A stretch of 64,000 bases of DNA from Eledone cirrhosa. Taxonomy: Eukaryota. The position numbers and the translations under genes are program-made. The notes beneath the pieces were generated by a model, which saw only the letters and a list, made by a program, of their open reading frames with translations, was not told where the DNA came from and made no database searches. The stretch is taken from NCBI GenBank assembly GCA_964016885.1, contig OZ024758.1:31806001-31870000 (forward strand), in the 5' to 3' direction. Below are positions 26,999 through 40,722 of this stretch, piece after piece; position 1 is the stretch's first letter; the number at the start of each line of letters is the position of its first letter.

Positions 26999-28722
26999 TT
27001 AATTTCATGTAATATTTATAACATAATATTCGTAAGATAGTATTAAATGAATACGTTTACATTTCATTGAATAACATGTAATCATTTTTACAGTTGAGGG
27101 TCACATCACCCCATCTGATTATGTCTCATATATAATATTGTTAATAATCTATAATTTTAATGACATTTTACACCAATACCTTTTCCATGATATACATTAC
27201 AATTAGGTTGATAAAGGTTTTATTTTATCTTCAGTTAATTCACGTATTTTTAATACTTTCATTATTCTATATATTTATGAACGTTAAATCTCATTTCCTC
27301 CAACTACGTCTAGGAATTAAATACGTAACATAATCTTAATTCAATATATTGTGTCGTCATAACCATTTATTATATGCTAATTATCAATCCTGTAAATGTT
27401 GTACATGTGAGTGTGTATGTATATAACGTGCTGAATTGTCACTTCATCATATACCTAATAAGAAGAAGCAATGTAAAAACAGTAATGGTCTGGTTTCTGT
27501 ATTGGTATTAACAACCATATCTCCGTTTAATGTCTATCTGATATCTTTAGAATACAATACATCGTATAATGTAGTCTCAGATATATTATGACAGAAGTGA
27601 AGATAAGATGTTTTTATAGTTTGAATTCCTTTCAAACTGGATCAGCTCTGTCACGAAAGAGAGGGAGATAACAACAACGACTACAGACAGATAAGATTTA
27701 CTTTCTTCTAATATCGTTTCAATATTCTATAAAGGTATTCTCTCCATTTATTGTACGTGTATTTCATATTGCTTAAACTCCGAAAACTTACGAAGATCAG
27801 AAACGGTAATTCTAATTAATCAGATTTTAGTGCTACCTCCCTCACCAAATTTGTTTCGTCCTCATTTTCTCAATAATACATGTTTTTTACCTGAAATCTT
27901 TCAGAGACACAGTTTCGAACATATAGATTACGATTTGTTCGATAGATTTCCTTTAAAAACTATTTATTTATCGTATTTATTAATTTGTTTTCTGTTTTTT
28001 AAATATAAAAATATTGTGTTTGTATATAAAATCTGTGACATCACCATTACCTGATAGTGTTTAGACATTTTCTCAAAGTATTTGCTCCATTTACTTGAAT
28101 TATATATCATATTGCTACCAGATCTTAAATTTACAACAGACAGAGAAAGATGATATATATTATTACAGTTATGCACAAATGTTATCTGTACTTTAGAAAT
28201 GGTGCATATGTAAATTCCATGACAAAATATATTCATTATAGAGAAAATAAAGAGGAAGTTAAATTTGGAGGGATGGCATTAAAGTGTAGTTTTGCAGAAA
28301 ATCCAATTCTAATCTGTATAAGCTGTAGGAGTTTAAGGAATATGATGTATTTATAGTTTAAATGAAGGGGGCAAAGAATAACTTGGTTAAACAACTTCAG
28401 AGCAGGAAACATTGATAATTTGTAGTAATTGTTGTTATCTCCCTTTCTTCCTTGGTAGAACAGACCCATGTTGAAAGTCATAACAACATCCAATTTCCAA
28501 TTCTGTCATATTGTACCCGAGACTACATTATACAATGTCTTCTTTTCTAAAGACAATAAATATGTAAATACAAATGCCATATCACTATTAATTACGTGAC
28601 ACAATCATCAGTTTATTTATTGTGACGTAATAAACTTTTATCATATGCTAATTCGCTATCCTAGAAATTTTGTACAAAGGGGTTAGAGTATGTATATAAA
28701 GTGTTGTTTACCAGAAGCCATT

Positions 28723-28746
28723 GTACTAGCTACGGCAGTACATATT

Positions 28747-28779
<33 letters not shown>

Positions 28780-28829
28780 GGCCCCTGCGCAAGGATGACA
28801 CGCAAATTCGTGAAGCGTTCCATATTTTT
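28723..28829 (+). ncRNA. U6: U6 snRNA (copy 15)
   Basis: Full-length U6. Confidence 0.98.
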
Positions 28830-30557
28830 TTAATTTCATTTAATATTTATAACATTATATACGTAAGATAGTATTAAATGAATACGTGTACATTTCATTG
28901 AATAACATGTAATCATTTTTACAGTTGAGGGTCACATCACCCCATCTGATTATGTCTCATATATAATATTGTTAATAATCTATAATTTTAATGACATTTT
29001 ACACCAATACCTTTTCCATGATATACATTACGATTGGGTTGATAAAGGTTTTCCTTTTTCTTCAGTTAATTCACGCATTTTTAATACTTTCATTATTCTA
29101 CATATTTATGAACGTTAACTCTCATTTCCTCCAACTACATCTAGGAATTAAATACGTAACATAATCTTAATTCAATATATTGTGTCGTCATAACCATTTA
29201 TTATATGCTAATTATCAATCCTGTAAATGTTGTACATGTGAGTGTGTATGTATATAACGTGCTGAATTGTCACTTCATCATATGCCTAATAAGAAGAAGC
29301 AATGTAAAAACAGTAATGGTCTGGTTTCTATGTTGGTGTTAACAACCATATCTCCGTTTAATGTCTATCTGATATCTTTAGAATACAATACATCGTATAA
29401 TGTAGTCTCAGATATATTATGACAGAAGTGAAGATAAGATGTTTTTATTGTTTGAACTCTTTTCAAACTGGATCAGCTCTCTCACGACAGAGAGGGAGAT
29501 AACAACAACGACTACAGACAGATAAGATTTACTTTCTTCTAATATCGTTTCAATATTCTATAAAGGTATTCTCTCCATTTATTGTAAGTGTATTTCATAT
29601 TGCTTAAACTCCGAAAACTTACGAAGATCAGAAACGGTATTTATGATTCACCAGATTTTAGTTAGTGCTACCTCCCTCACCAAATTTGTTTCGTCCTCAT
29701 TTTCTCAATAATACATGTTTTTTACCTGAAATCTTTCAGAGACACAGTTTCGAACATATAGATTACGATTTGTTCGATAGATTTCCTTAAAAAACTATTT
29801 ATTTATCGTATTTATTAATTTGTTTTCTGTTTTTTAAATATAAAAATATTGTGTTTGTATATAAAATCTGTGACATCACCATTACCTGATAGTGTTTAGA
29901 CATTTTCTCAAAGTATTTGCTCCATTTACTTGAATTATATATCATATTGCTACCAGATCTTAAATTTACAACAGACAGAGAAAGATGATATATATTATTA
30001 CAGTTATGCACAAATGTTATCTGTACTTTAGAAATGGTGCATATGTAAATTCCATGACAAAATATATTCATTATAGAGAAAATAAAGAGGAAGTTAAATT
30101 TGGAGGGATGGCATTAAAGTGTAGTTTTGCAGAAAATCCAATTCTAATCTGTATAAGCTGTAGGAGTTTAAGGAATATGATGTATTTATAGTTTAAATGA
30201 AGGGGGCAAAGAATAACTTGGTTAAACAACTTCAGAGCAGGAAACATTGATAATTTGTAGTAATTGTTGTTATCTCCCTTTCTTCCTTGGTAGAACAGAC
30301 CCATGTTGAAAGTCATAACAACATCCAATTTCCAATTCTGTCATATTGTACCCGAGACTACATTATACAATGTATTCTTTTCTAAAGACAATAAATATGT
30401 AAATACAAATGCCATATCACTATTAATTACGTGACACAATCATCAGTTTATTTATTGTGACGTAATAAACTTTTATCATATGCTAATTCGCTATCCTAGA
30501 AATTTTGTACAAAGAGGTTAGAGTATGTATATAAAGTGTTGTTTACCAGAAGCCATT

Positions 30558-30581
30558 GTACTAGCTACGGCAGTACATATT

Positions 30582-30614
<33 letters not shown>

Positions 30615-30664
30615 GGCCCCTGCGCAAGGATGACACGCAAATTCGTGAAGCGTTCCATATTTTT
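30558..30664 (+). ncRNA. U6: U6 snRNA (copy 16)
   Basis: Full-length U6. Confidence 0.98.
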
Positions 30665-32392
30665 TTAATTTCATTTAATATTTATAACATTATATACGTA
30701 AGATAGTATTAAATGAATACGTGTACATTTCATTGAATAACATGTAATCATTTTTACAGTTGAGGGTCACATCACCCCATCTGATTATGTCTCATATATA
30801 ATATTGTTAATAATCTATAATTTTAATGACATTTTACACCAATACCTTTTCCATGATATACATTACGATTGGGTTGATAAAGGTTTTCCTTTTTCTTCAG
30901 TTAATTCACGCATTTTTAATACTTTCATTATTCTACATATTTATGAACGTTAACTCTCATTTCCTCCAACTACATCTAGGAATTAAATACGTAACATAAT
31001 CTTAATTCAATATATTGTGTCGTCATAACCATTTATTATATGCTAATTATCAATCCTGTAAATGTTGTACATGTGAGTGTGTATGTATATAACGTGCTGA
31101 ATTGTCACTTCATCATATGCCTAATAAGAAGAAGCAATGTAAAAACAGTAATGGTCTGGTTTCTATGTTGGTGTTAACAACCATATCTCCGTTTAATGTC
31201 TATCTGATATCTTTAGAATACAATACATCGTATAATGTAGTCTCAGATATATTATGACAGAAGTGAAGATAAGATGTTTTTATTGTTTGAACTCTTTTCA
31301 AACTGGATCAGCTCTCTCACGACAGAGAGGGAGATAACAACAACGACTACAGACAGATAAGATTTACTTTCTTCTAATATCGTTTCAATATTCTATAAAG
31401 GTATTCTCTCCATTTATTGTAAGTGTATTTCATATTGCTTAAACTCCGAAAACTTACGAAGATCAGAAACGGTATTTATGATTCACCAGATTTTAGTTAG
31501 TGCTACCTCCCTCACCAAATTTGTTTCGTCCTCATTTTCTCAATAATACATGTTTTTTACCTGAAATCTTTCAGAGACACAGTTTCGAACATATAGATTA
31601 CGATTTGTTCGATAGATTTCCTTAAAAAACTATTTATTTATCGTATTTATTAATTTGTTTTCTGTTTTTTAAATATAAAAATATTGTGTTTGTATATAAA
31701 ATCTGTGACATCACCATTACCTGATAGTGTTTAGACATTTTCTCAAAGTATTTGCTCCATTTACTTGAATTATATATCATATTGCTACCAGATCTTAAAT
31801 TTACAACAGACAGAGAAAGATGATATATATTATTACAGTTATGCACAAATGTTATCTGTACTTTAGAAATGGTGCATATGTAAATTCCATGACAAAATAT
31901 ATTCATTATAGAGAAAATAAAGAGGAAGTTAAATTTGGAGGGATGGCATTAAAGTGTAGTTTTGCAGAAAATCCAATTCTAATCTGTATAAGCTGTAGGA
32001 GTTTAAGGAATATGATGTATTTATAGTTTAAATGAAGGGGGCAAAGAATAACTTGGTTAAACAACTTCAGAGCAGGAAACATTGATAATTTGTAGTAATT
32101 GTTGTTATCTCCCTTTCTTCCTTGGTAGAACAGACCCATGTTGAAAGTCATAACAACATCCAATTTCCAATTCTGTCATATTGTACCCGAGACTACATTA
32201 TACAATGTATTCTTTTCTAAAGACAATAAATATGTAAATACAAATGCCATATCACTATTAATTACGTGACACAATCATCAGTTTATTTATTGTGACGTAA
32301 TAAACTTTTATCATATGCTAATTCGCTATCCTAGAAATTTTGTACAAAGAGGTTAGAGTATGTATATAAAGTGTTGTTTACCAGAAGCCATT

Positions 32393-32416
32393 GTACTAGC
32401 TACGGCAGTACATATT

Positions 32417-32449
<33 letters not shown>

Positions 32450-32499
32450 GGCCCCTGCGCAAGGATGACACGCAAATTCGTGAAGCGTTCCATATTTTT
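32393..32499 (+). ncRNA. U6: U6 snRNA (copy 17)
   Basis: Full-length U6. Confidence 0.98.
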
Positions 32500-34224
32500 T
32501 TAATTTCATTTAATATTTATAACATTATATACGTAAGATAGTATTAAATGAATACGTGTACATTTCATTGAATAACATGTAATCATTTTTACAGTTGAGG
32601 GTCACATCACCCCATCTGATTATGTCTCATATATAATATTGTTAATAATCTATAATTTTAATGACATTTTACACCAATACCTTTTCCATGATATACATTA
32701 CGATTGGGTTGATAAAGGTTTTCCTTTTTCTTCAGTTAATTCACGCATTTTTAATACTTTCATTATTCTACATATTTATGAACGTTAACTCTCATTTCCT
32801 CCAACTACATCTAGGAATTAAATACGTAACATAATCTTAATTCAATATATTGTGTCGTCATAACCATTTATTATATGCTAATTATCAATCCTGTAAATGT
32901 TGTACATGTGAGTGTGTATGTATATAACGTGCTGAATTGTCACTTCATATGCCTAATAAGAAGAAGCAATGTAAAAACAGTAATGGTCTGGTTTCTATGT
33001 TGGTGTTAACAACCATATCTCCGTTTAATGTCTATCTGATATCTTTAGAATACAATACATCGTATAATGTAGTCTCAGATATATTATGACAGAAGTGAAG
33101 ATAAGATGTTTTTATTGTTTGAACTCTTTTCAAACTGGATCAGCTCTCTCACGACAGAGAGGGAGATAACAACAACGACTACAGACAGATAAGATTTACT
33201 TTCTTCTAATATCGTTTCAATATTCTATAAAGGTATTCTCTCCATTTATTGTAAGTGTATTTCATATTGCTTAAACTCCGAAAACTTACGAAGATCAGAA
33301 ACGGTATTTATGATTCACCAGATTTTAGTTAGTGCTACCTCCCTCACCAAATTTGTTTCGTCCTCATTTTCTCAATAATACATGTTTTTTACCTGAAATC
33401 TTTCAGAGACACAGTTTCGAACATATAGATTACGATTTGTTCGATAGATTTCCTTAAAAAACTATTTATTTATCGTATTTATTAATTTGTTTTCTGTTTT
33501 TTAAATATAAAAATATTGTGTTTGTATATAAAATCTGTGACATCACCATTACCTGATAGTGTTTAGACATTTTCTCAAAGTATTTGCTCCATTTACTTGA
33601 ATTATATATCATATTGCTACCAGATCTTAAATTTACAACAGACAGAGAAAGATGATATATATTATTACAGTTATGCACAAATGTTATCTGTACTTTAGAA
33701 ATGGTGCATATGTAAATTCCATGACAAAATATATTCATTATAGAGAAAATAAAGAGGAAGTTAAATTTGGAGGGATGGCATTAAAGTGTAGTTTTGCAGA
33801 AAATCCAATTCTAATCTGTATAAGCTGTAGGAGTTTAAGGAATATGATGTATTTATAGTTTAAATGAAGGGGGCAAAGAATAACTTGGTTAAACAACTTC
33901 AGAGCAGGAAACATTGATAATTTGTAGTAATTGTTGTTATCTCCCTTTCTTCCTTGGTAGAACAGACCCATGTTGAAAGTCATAACAACATCCAATTTCC
34001 AATTCTGTCATATTGTACCCGAGACTACATTATACAATGTATTCTTTTCTAAAGACAATAAATATGTAAATACAAATGCCATATCACTATTAATTACGTG
34101 ACACAATCATCAGTTTATTTATTGTGACGTAATAAACTTTTATCATATGCTAATTCGCTATCCTAGAAATTTTGTACAAAGAGGTTAGAGTATGTATATA
34201 AAGTGTTGTTTACCAGAAGCCATT

Positions 34225-34248
34225 GTACTAGCTACGGCAGTACATATT

Positions 34249-34281
<33 letters not shown>

Positions 34282-34331
34282 GGCCCCTGCGCAAGGATGA
34301 CACGCAAATTCGTGAAGCGTTCCATATTTTT
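34225..34331 (+). ncRNA. U6: U6 snRNA (copy 18, last in array)
   Basis: Full-length U6. Confidence 0.98.
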
Positions 34332-35692
34332 TTAATTTCATTTAATATTTATAACATTATATACGTAAGATAGTATTAAATGAATACGTGTACATTTCAT
34401 TGAAAAACATGTAAGCATTTTTAGAGTTGAGGGTCACATCACCCCTCTGATTATGTCTCATATATAATATTGTTAATAATCTATAATTTTAATGACATTT
34501 TACACCAATACCTTTTCCATGATATACATTACGATTGGGTTGATAAAGGTTTTCCTTTTTCTTCAGTTAATTCACGCATTTTTAATACTTTCATTATTCT
34601 ACATATTTATGAACGTTAACTCTCATTTCCTCCAACTATGTCTAGGAATTAAATACGTAACATAATCTTAATTCAATATATTGTGTCGTCATAACCATTT
34701 ATTATATGCTAATTATCAATCCTGTAAATGTTGTACATGTGAGTGCGTATGTATATAACGTGCTGAATTGTCACTTTATCATATACCTAATAAGAAGAAG
34801 CAATGTAAAAACAGTAATGGTCTGGTTTCTATGTTGGTATTAACAACCATATCTTCGTTTAATGTCTATCTGATATCTTTAGAATACAATACATCGTATA
34901 ATGTAGTCTCAGATATATTATGACAGGAGTGAAGATAAGATGTTTTTATAGTTTGAATTCCTTTCAAACTGGATCAGCTCTCTCACGACAGAGAGGGAGA
35001 TAACGACAACGACTACAGACAGATAAGATTTACTTTCTTCTAATATCGTTTCAATATTCTATAAAGGTATTCTCTCCATTTATTGTACGTGTATTTCATA
35101 TTGCTTAAACTCCTAAAACTTACGAAGATCAGAAACGGTAATTCTAATTAAACATATTTTAGTGCTACCTCCCTCACCAAATTTGTTTCGTCCTCATTTT
35201 CTCAATAATACATGGTTTTTACCTGAAATCTTTCAGAGACACAGTTTCGAACATATAGATTACAATTTGTTAGATAGGTTTCCTTTAAAAACTATTTATT
35301 GTATTTATTAATTTGTTTTCTGTCTTTTAAATATAAAAATATTGTGTTTGTATATAAAATCTGTGACACCTCCATTACCTGATACTGTTTCGACATTTTA
35401 TCAAAGTATTTGCTCCATTCACTTGAATTATATATCATATTGCTACCAGATCTTAAATTTACAACAGACAGAGAAAGATGATATATATAATTACAGTTAT
35501 GCACAAATGTTATCTGTACTTTAGAAATGGTGCATCTGTAAATTCCATGACAAAATATATTCATTATAGAGAAAATAAAGAGGAAGTTAAATTTGGAGGG
35601 ATGGCATTAAAGTGTAGTTACGTCTGTATAAGTTGTAGGAGTTTATACGTGGATAAATCTGTTTGAAAATATTTTTCATATTTTCATTCACT

Positions 35693-36030
35693 ATCATCAT
35701 TATAACATCCACTTTCCCTCCTAGGAGGGACTTGACAGGTCTACATAGACCAAGTCAGTACTGAAGAGGGGCTAGTGATCCCCCAGACAGGCCAGGGATG
35801 CATCTCGCTCACGTATTGTCTCGATTTACCAAGTGTATGGAAGAAGGTTTCATGTCCTTGACACAACTGAAGGGTCCTTCCAACTCATTGTTTAACAAGC
35901 CTTCTATGGTTGTATGCCCTTCCTATTACCAACCACTTTACAGCGTGTACTGTGTGTGTTTATCCTGTAGACCACCAACATTAGGGAGGTTGTCATGTCC
36001 TTGACATGACTGAAAGGTCCTCCCAACCTC
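35693..36030 (-). mobile_element. Degenerate SINE family 2 remnant at the array edge
   Basis: atcatcattataacatccactttcc and cccttcctattaccaaccactttacag resemble the reverse complement of the tail and body of the 42892 SINE. Confidence 0.5.
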
Positions 36031-36976
36031 TGGCATTATCGTGTACATTTAAGTTTGTTAACTCATTTATTAATCAGGATAATGCTATAAGGACGGAATA
36101 TTCTTTCAACAATTCTGAATTGTGAAAAAATAAATAACAAATAAATAATTAAAGAAATAATTTCAACCTAATCTGGAAACACCAGTGTTCATAATTTCTC
36201 AATGTTGGTCCCTGTTCTTTAGATTTCTAGTTAGAAGAAAATCACATACTAATCTTGTTCCTGTATTCTCAACTAATAGCTGCATTAAAATTGTTTTAAA
36301 CCTGAAGTAAATCTTTCTTTCTCTCTTGTTGTGCATCTCTGTTGGACTATTTGGCTGTATTGGAAACTTTCTCTACTCAACATTAAATGTATCCATTACA
36401 TAACCAATCAAATTCTCTTCTTAGCAATAATGATACTTTATCTAAATCTTATAAACCCTCATACTTAATACATCTACGTTTTCCAACCATTTCCCTTGCA
36501 ACAGAACCCTCTTCTTGCATATCTTTTCATCCACTTTATTTAACCTAAACACATCTATACTAACCCTCATCTAATCAGTTTAAAACTGCACAATGGATTG
36601 GGAGAACGTCTACGTGGTCCTTAACCTGCTAAAAATAGTAACCAACTCCCTTTTAAATTATACCTTCCTGCCTTGAAAGCAGGTGGGACATATTAAATAA
36701 TGTAATCCTAGATATGTAGTTCCCAAAAGATGAGGGTGATCATGGTTGAAATACTTTTGACTATAGGTCTACACAGTTAAAGCTGATTGCGATTAAACAT
36801 TTCCTTCTTACTCTCACTGTCAAAAATGCAGTGAAACAGTGGAAATCTATAACTAACGCTGTTTTTATCAAATTGCTATATTAAATATACTCCAATATAA
36901 TCTGAGGAATATATAACCTAAAAATTGATGGTAGAAGGGGGATAGACTTATATTCAGGGTTATTATTTTAACAAAG

Positions 36977-37154
36977 GGCGGGGGATTGGCAGTATCATTA
37001 GAAGGTCGGACGCCATGCTTTGCAGCAAAGAGTTTATGGTGTGAGTTCAAATCCCGCCGAGGTTAACTTTGCCTTTCATCCTTACGGGGTCGGTAAAATG
37101 AAGTACCAGTAATACACTGGAATAATTGCTGGCCTTGTGCCAAAAGTAGAAACA
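36977..37154 (+). mobile_element. SINE family 1, full length
   Basis: A and B boxes, central gcctttcatccttacggggtcg domain, ~16-bp TSD attatttt(a/g)acaaagg. Confidence 0.88.
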
Positions 37155-37170
37155 ATTATTTTGACAAAGG

Positions 37171-37290
37171 TGAAGGTGCATGGTTTAGTGGTTAGGGCAT
37201 TGGGCTTGCAACCCTGAAGTTGTGAGTTCAATTCTTGGACCAGGTAACGCATTGTGTTCTTGAGCAAGATGCATTATTTCACGTTGCTCT
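37171..37290 (+). mobile_element. SINE family 2 head (tRNA-like plus CORE-like)
   Basis: tggtttagtggttagg, gagttcaattc, cttgagcaaga; similar to the 42892 copy. Confidence 0.7.
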
Positions 37291-37524
37291 TTCTGCCAGG
37301 AGTTGGTGTCCAGTAGATAGTATCAGCAATGGAAACATTGTTTCCTTGGTTCAATTTGATGAGATCCATCCCACTCAACGAATGAGGTCTGGGATCTTGT
37401 TGATCGATTTAAGAAAAAAATCTTGACAACTTTCACCAACTTCAAAATTTATGTAAATAAGGTTTGGATTTTTGCTCATTTATCAGGGGGATAGATTTAT
37501 ATTCAAGTATATACAGCAACAGTT

Positions 37525-37630
37525 TCTCTGAGTTCCGCTGAGGTTAGCTTTGCCTTTCATCCTTACGGGGTCGATTAAATTGATTTCCCCCTCCCTTCAA
37601 ATTGCTGGCCTTGTGCTTAAAGTAGAAAAA
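37525..37630 (+). mobile_element. SINE family 1 fragment
   Basis: gcctttcatccttacggggtcgat ... gctggccttgtgcttaaagtagaaa. Confidence 0.75.
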
Positions 37631-37858
37631 ATTATATTTTGTTCACCACCTAACCTAACATCCCAAAATAAAACCATGTATTTTAAATGGAAATGACTGT
37701 GCTGTATTTTGTCTATTTTTCTGTTGTCTTCACTTACCTCTTTTTGAATTAATTTCATAAGAACTTAGCTGTGCAAGACATTCTTTCAAATTTTAATGTT
37801 TTAAACATTACACCGTCTACATTCTCTCTCCTCTCCCTGTTCGTGGTATCCTGTCTGT

Positions 37859-38150
37859 AAAGGTCTCCAACCTTTTTTATACCATGGACCGGCTTCAATC
37901 TTTCCGCAGACCAGTAGCTGCATATATGTGTTATTTAAGTGTATTTCGATAAAGAGATCAATAATAAAAAGAACAATTTATTAAAGGGAAGAAAAAGTGT
38001 ATAATATTTTGATTTTCATGTAAATCTTTTAAAATTAAAGTCCAATATTCAATTTATCTATTATGTTATTTTAAATGTTATCTCTTTGCGGCCCGGAAGC
38101 ATATTATCCATGGACCAGTACCGGTCTGTTGCCCAGTGGTTGGGGACCTC
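37859..38150. mobile_element. hAT/Charlie-type MITE
   Basis: Imperfect TIRs aggtctccaacc / ggttggggacct with repeated subterminal ccatggacc motifs. Confidence 0.6.
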
Positions 38151-38564
38151 ACCTATATACGACTAACATCTAAACAAACAAATTTTTTTTTATTAATCCT
38201 TGTATATTTTCCACCTTCTCTTTGTATTTAAGCTTTACACTGCCTCTCTTCTCTGTTCTCTCTCTCTTTCTGTCTATAGAAGACTAACATCCAAATGTTT
38301 GTATATTCTCTGTCTCTACCACCTTCTCTTCTTGGCTTTCTTTCTATCTCTTCTTCCCAGCTGTTGCACATTCATTTATAGCAAATCTTATTTTATTTGT
38401 AAATAACCGAAAGACCCATTGTCCTGTCTTGTGTCCATTGTTATTGTCCTATGTGTGCTGGAGCTACCTTAAAGCACCAAAACCACAAAGACCTCCAGAG
38501 GTCTACTGATGAAAAGGGAATGTCCTGTGTTTTGTCTTCGGCCACCTTTTTAAAAAAATATATG

Positions 38565-38650
38565 TACAGTGGTACCCTGGTTCATGAATGCTGTTCATTA
38601 CCCAAAATGTTCGTAAATTGAAACTATTTTCCCTTAGGAAATATTGAGAA
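38565..38650 (+). mobile_element. Tigger/pogo-like MITE end
   Basis: ta-cagtggtacc terminus; the other end was not found. Confidence 0.35.
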
Positions 38651-38938
38651 AGAGACTGTGTGTAAAAGATAGATAGATATCACCATAGTAACTAACTACA
38701 CAGCAAGTGACATTTTCTCGATGATACTACAAGTTTGTTGCCGGCTTGCATGTTTGTTACTCAAGACACCATTCGTGCACCAAGATAATGATGACACAGG
38801 ACTGAGATTTCTAACGTTACGCAGTAATACAAAAGACCTGACTTCCCATGGGCACAGGCTGAAGATGAAGCATACGCATATTCCACTCCACCCACTCCCA
38901 TGAGGACAAGCTGAAGTATACATCCAGTGAAGCCTCCA

Positions 38939-39140
38939 ACACTGTAAAGTGGTTGGGATGGTGACATGACAAAAAGTTCCCAGTCCACACTGTAAAATGG
39001 TCATGTAGGTGTCATGGCAAAAATCATCCAGTCCACATTGTAAAATGGTCATATAGGTGTCATGGCAAAAATCACCCAGTCCACACTGTAAAATGGTCAT
39101 GTAGGTGTCACGGCAAAAATCACCCAGTCCACACTGTAAA
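38939..39140. repeat. 48-bp minisatellite (~4 copies) derived from the SINE family 2 body
   Basis: Unit ccagtccacactgtaaaatggtcatgtaggtgtcatggcaaaaatca; compare 47258-47314. Confidence 0.8.
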
Positions 39141-39500
39141 GTTCATTGTGGGGGTCGGCTGGACTTTGGCCTGTGTAAGGATGTTTTTTATTGATTTAGG
39201 TTGTCTTTTGCTCTTTATGATTTTGTGCATTTGGAGGATTTGGTTCATTCTTAGGTCTCTTTTTAGTAAAGGTATGTTCTGGAGGATGGTGTTGAATGCC
39301 TCATTGTTAAGGGGGTTGTATGTGGAGATGTATGGTAGAGTTTTCACTTTTGATTCATTCTTGGATTTGGGATGTCTAAGTTCCTGGATGTTGAACTTTA
39401 GGGCACGTTGGAATCCATTGTTGATTAAGGATGGTGGGTAATTTCTGCTGATAAGTGTGTTCTTTAATTCTTCTAGTCGTGTGTAGCATATGTATTTATC
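39133..39500 (-). mobile_element. Penelope-like element, RT C-terminal/linker segment (inverted)
   Basis: RLEELKNTLISRNYPPSLI...LPYISTYNP...SKRQPKSIKNIL resembles the PLE linker region. Confidence 0.75.
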
Positions 39501-39960
39501 AGTCCAGTCGACCCCCACAATGAACCCTACAGTAAAAAAATGTGGAAGACTCAACAGTGGTATATGTACCAATCTAAAAGAGGGGTCGGAGTTTCACTTC
39601 AAACAAGGACAACACTTTACAGTTAAGTGCAATTTCACATGTGCATCAGAAAACCTGATTTATGTGTTGACCTGCTCAGGTTGTCGAGAGCACTACATAG
39701 GACAGACCAAAAACAGCCTCCAACAACGTATGACCGTCCATAGATCCCAAATCAAAATACGGGAATACAGAAAGATAGCACTGAGTGAACACATCGCGAC
39801 CTGTGCATCCAATGAACCCAGTTTTAGAATTTTTTCCATCATCAAATTCAAAGACAACGCTTCCTACATGAAATGCATTAGCAAGAAATCACAATTTATC
39901 GCCAAATGCTTCCACTTTGGACTAAACCAAAGCTGGCACACTTTAAAATTAACATCCTAG
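39501..39960 (+). mobile_element. Penelope-like element GIY-YIG endonuclease segment
   Basis: FTCASENLIYVLTCSGCREHYIGQT...RMTVH...EH: GIY-YIG with the CxxC/H/H motif typical of PLEs; decayed C-terminus. Confidence 0.85.
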
Positions 39961-40617
39961 ACAAATTAACCCTTTAGCAATGTATCCTTCTCCAAGATTC
40001 CAGCAACCTCTGACAACTATATAATGCAGACCAAGCAACCACATAGTAACACCCATATCAGCAAGTCCTGGAGGACTTCCACGAAGATAATCAGATAAAT
40101 GGAAACATTCAGGTGCCAAACTAAATGCTTTACATTCCCCTGAATCTGGAAGTTTCTGCTGTAGATAGAATGGGTATTCCAGTGGTTCTGAACCTCTCTT
40201 TGTGGCAAAATTTTCTCCCTCCCCCTAAATATAAAATTCCTGCTAGGGATGGAATTAGTATCTCAATAACTCTTAATCTTCTTTGTGACAAAACACAAGG
40301 TCAATGTGGATGATTTCGTCTAAGAAAAAAATACCAAGATAGATATTTTTAGAAGCCTGGTCAACTCTAAGGTCACTCAGCCTTTCAAATCGCAGCCAAA
40401 CCTTGTATCCACTATTCAAAGGGTCCCACATAGCAGTCTGCAGCCACAACATCTCCTACCTCCTCCTCCTCTCCCCGCCTGCTTCTACCCTCTCCAGTCA
40501 CAACAAAGCCATTAGCAGAGAAGGATGGACAGACAAAATGACTTTCTTCTCTGAAGGATCACATCTGTGAAAATTAACTTTTCTTCCCCTCTCTATATTT
40601 TTTTTTGTTATTATCAT

Positions 40618-40722
40618 TAAATCCCGTCAAGGTTAACTTTGCCCTTCATCCTTACGGGGTTGATAAAATAAAGTACCAGTAATGTACTGGGTAATTGTTG
40701 GCCTTGTGTCAAAAGTAGAAAC
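40618..40722 (+). mobile_element. SINE family 1, 5' truncated
   Basis: Central domain and gtagaaaca tail. Confidence 0.8.

Larger units (their letters stand above)
1..35645 (+). repeat. Tandem array of U6 snRNA gene units (~1.83 kb basic unit; 18 U6 genes; continues beyond the left edge; last unit truncated)
   Basis: U6-to-U6 spacings are 1835,1769,1767,1827,2024,1835,1831,1963,1835,1830,1769,3052,2024,1831,1835,1835,1832. Units are near-identical and similarity stops at ~35645. Confidence 0.98.

Noticed and set aside
772-35666. Recurrent 60-90 aa ORFs in each array unit
   Set aside because: AT-rich spacer. Frames are broken by indels and stops between units, overlap on both strands and show no domain resemblance.
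36977-37060. tRNA gene calls at SINE heads (also 42892, 48866 and the array copies)
   Set aside because: A and B boxes are present but there is no cloverleaf, and they are followed by SINE body, tail and TSD.
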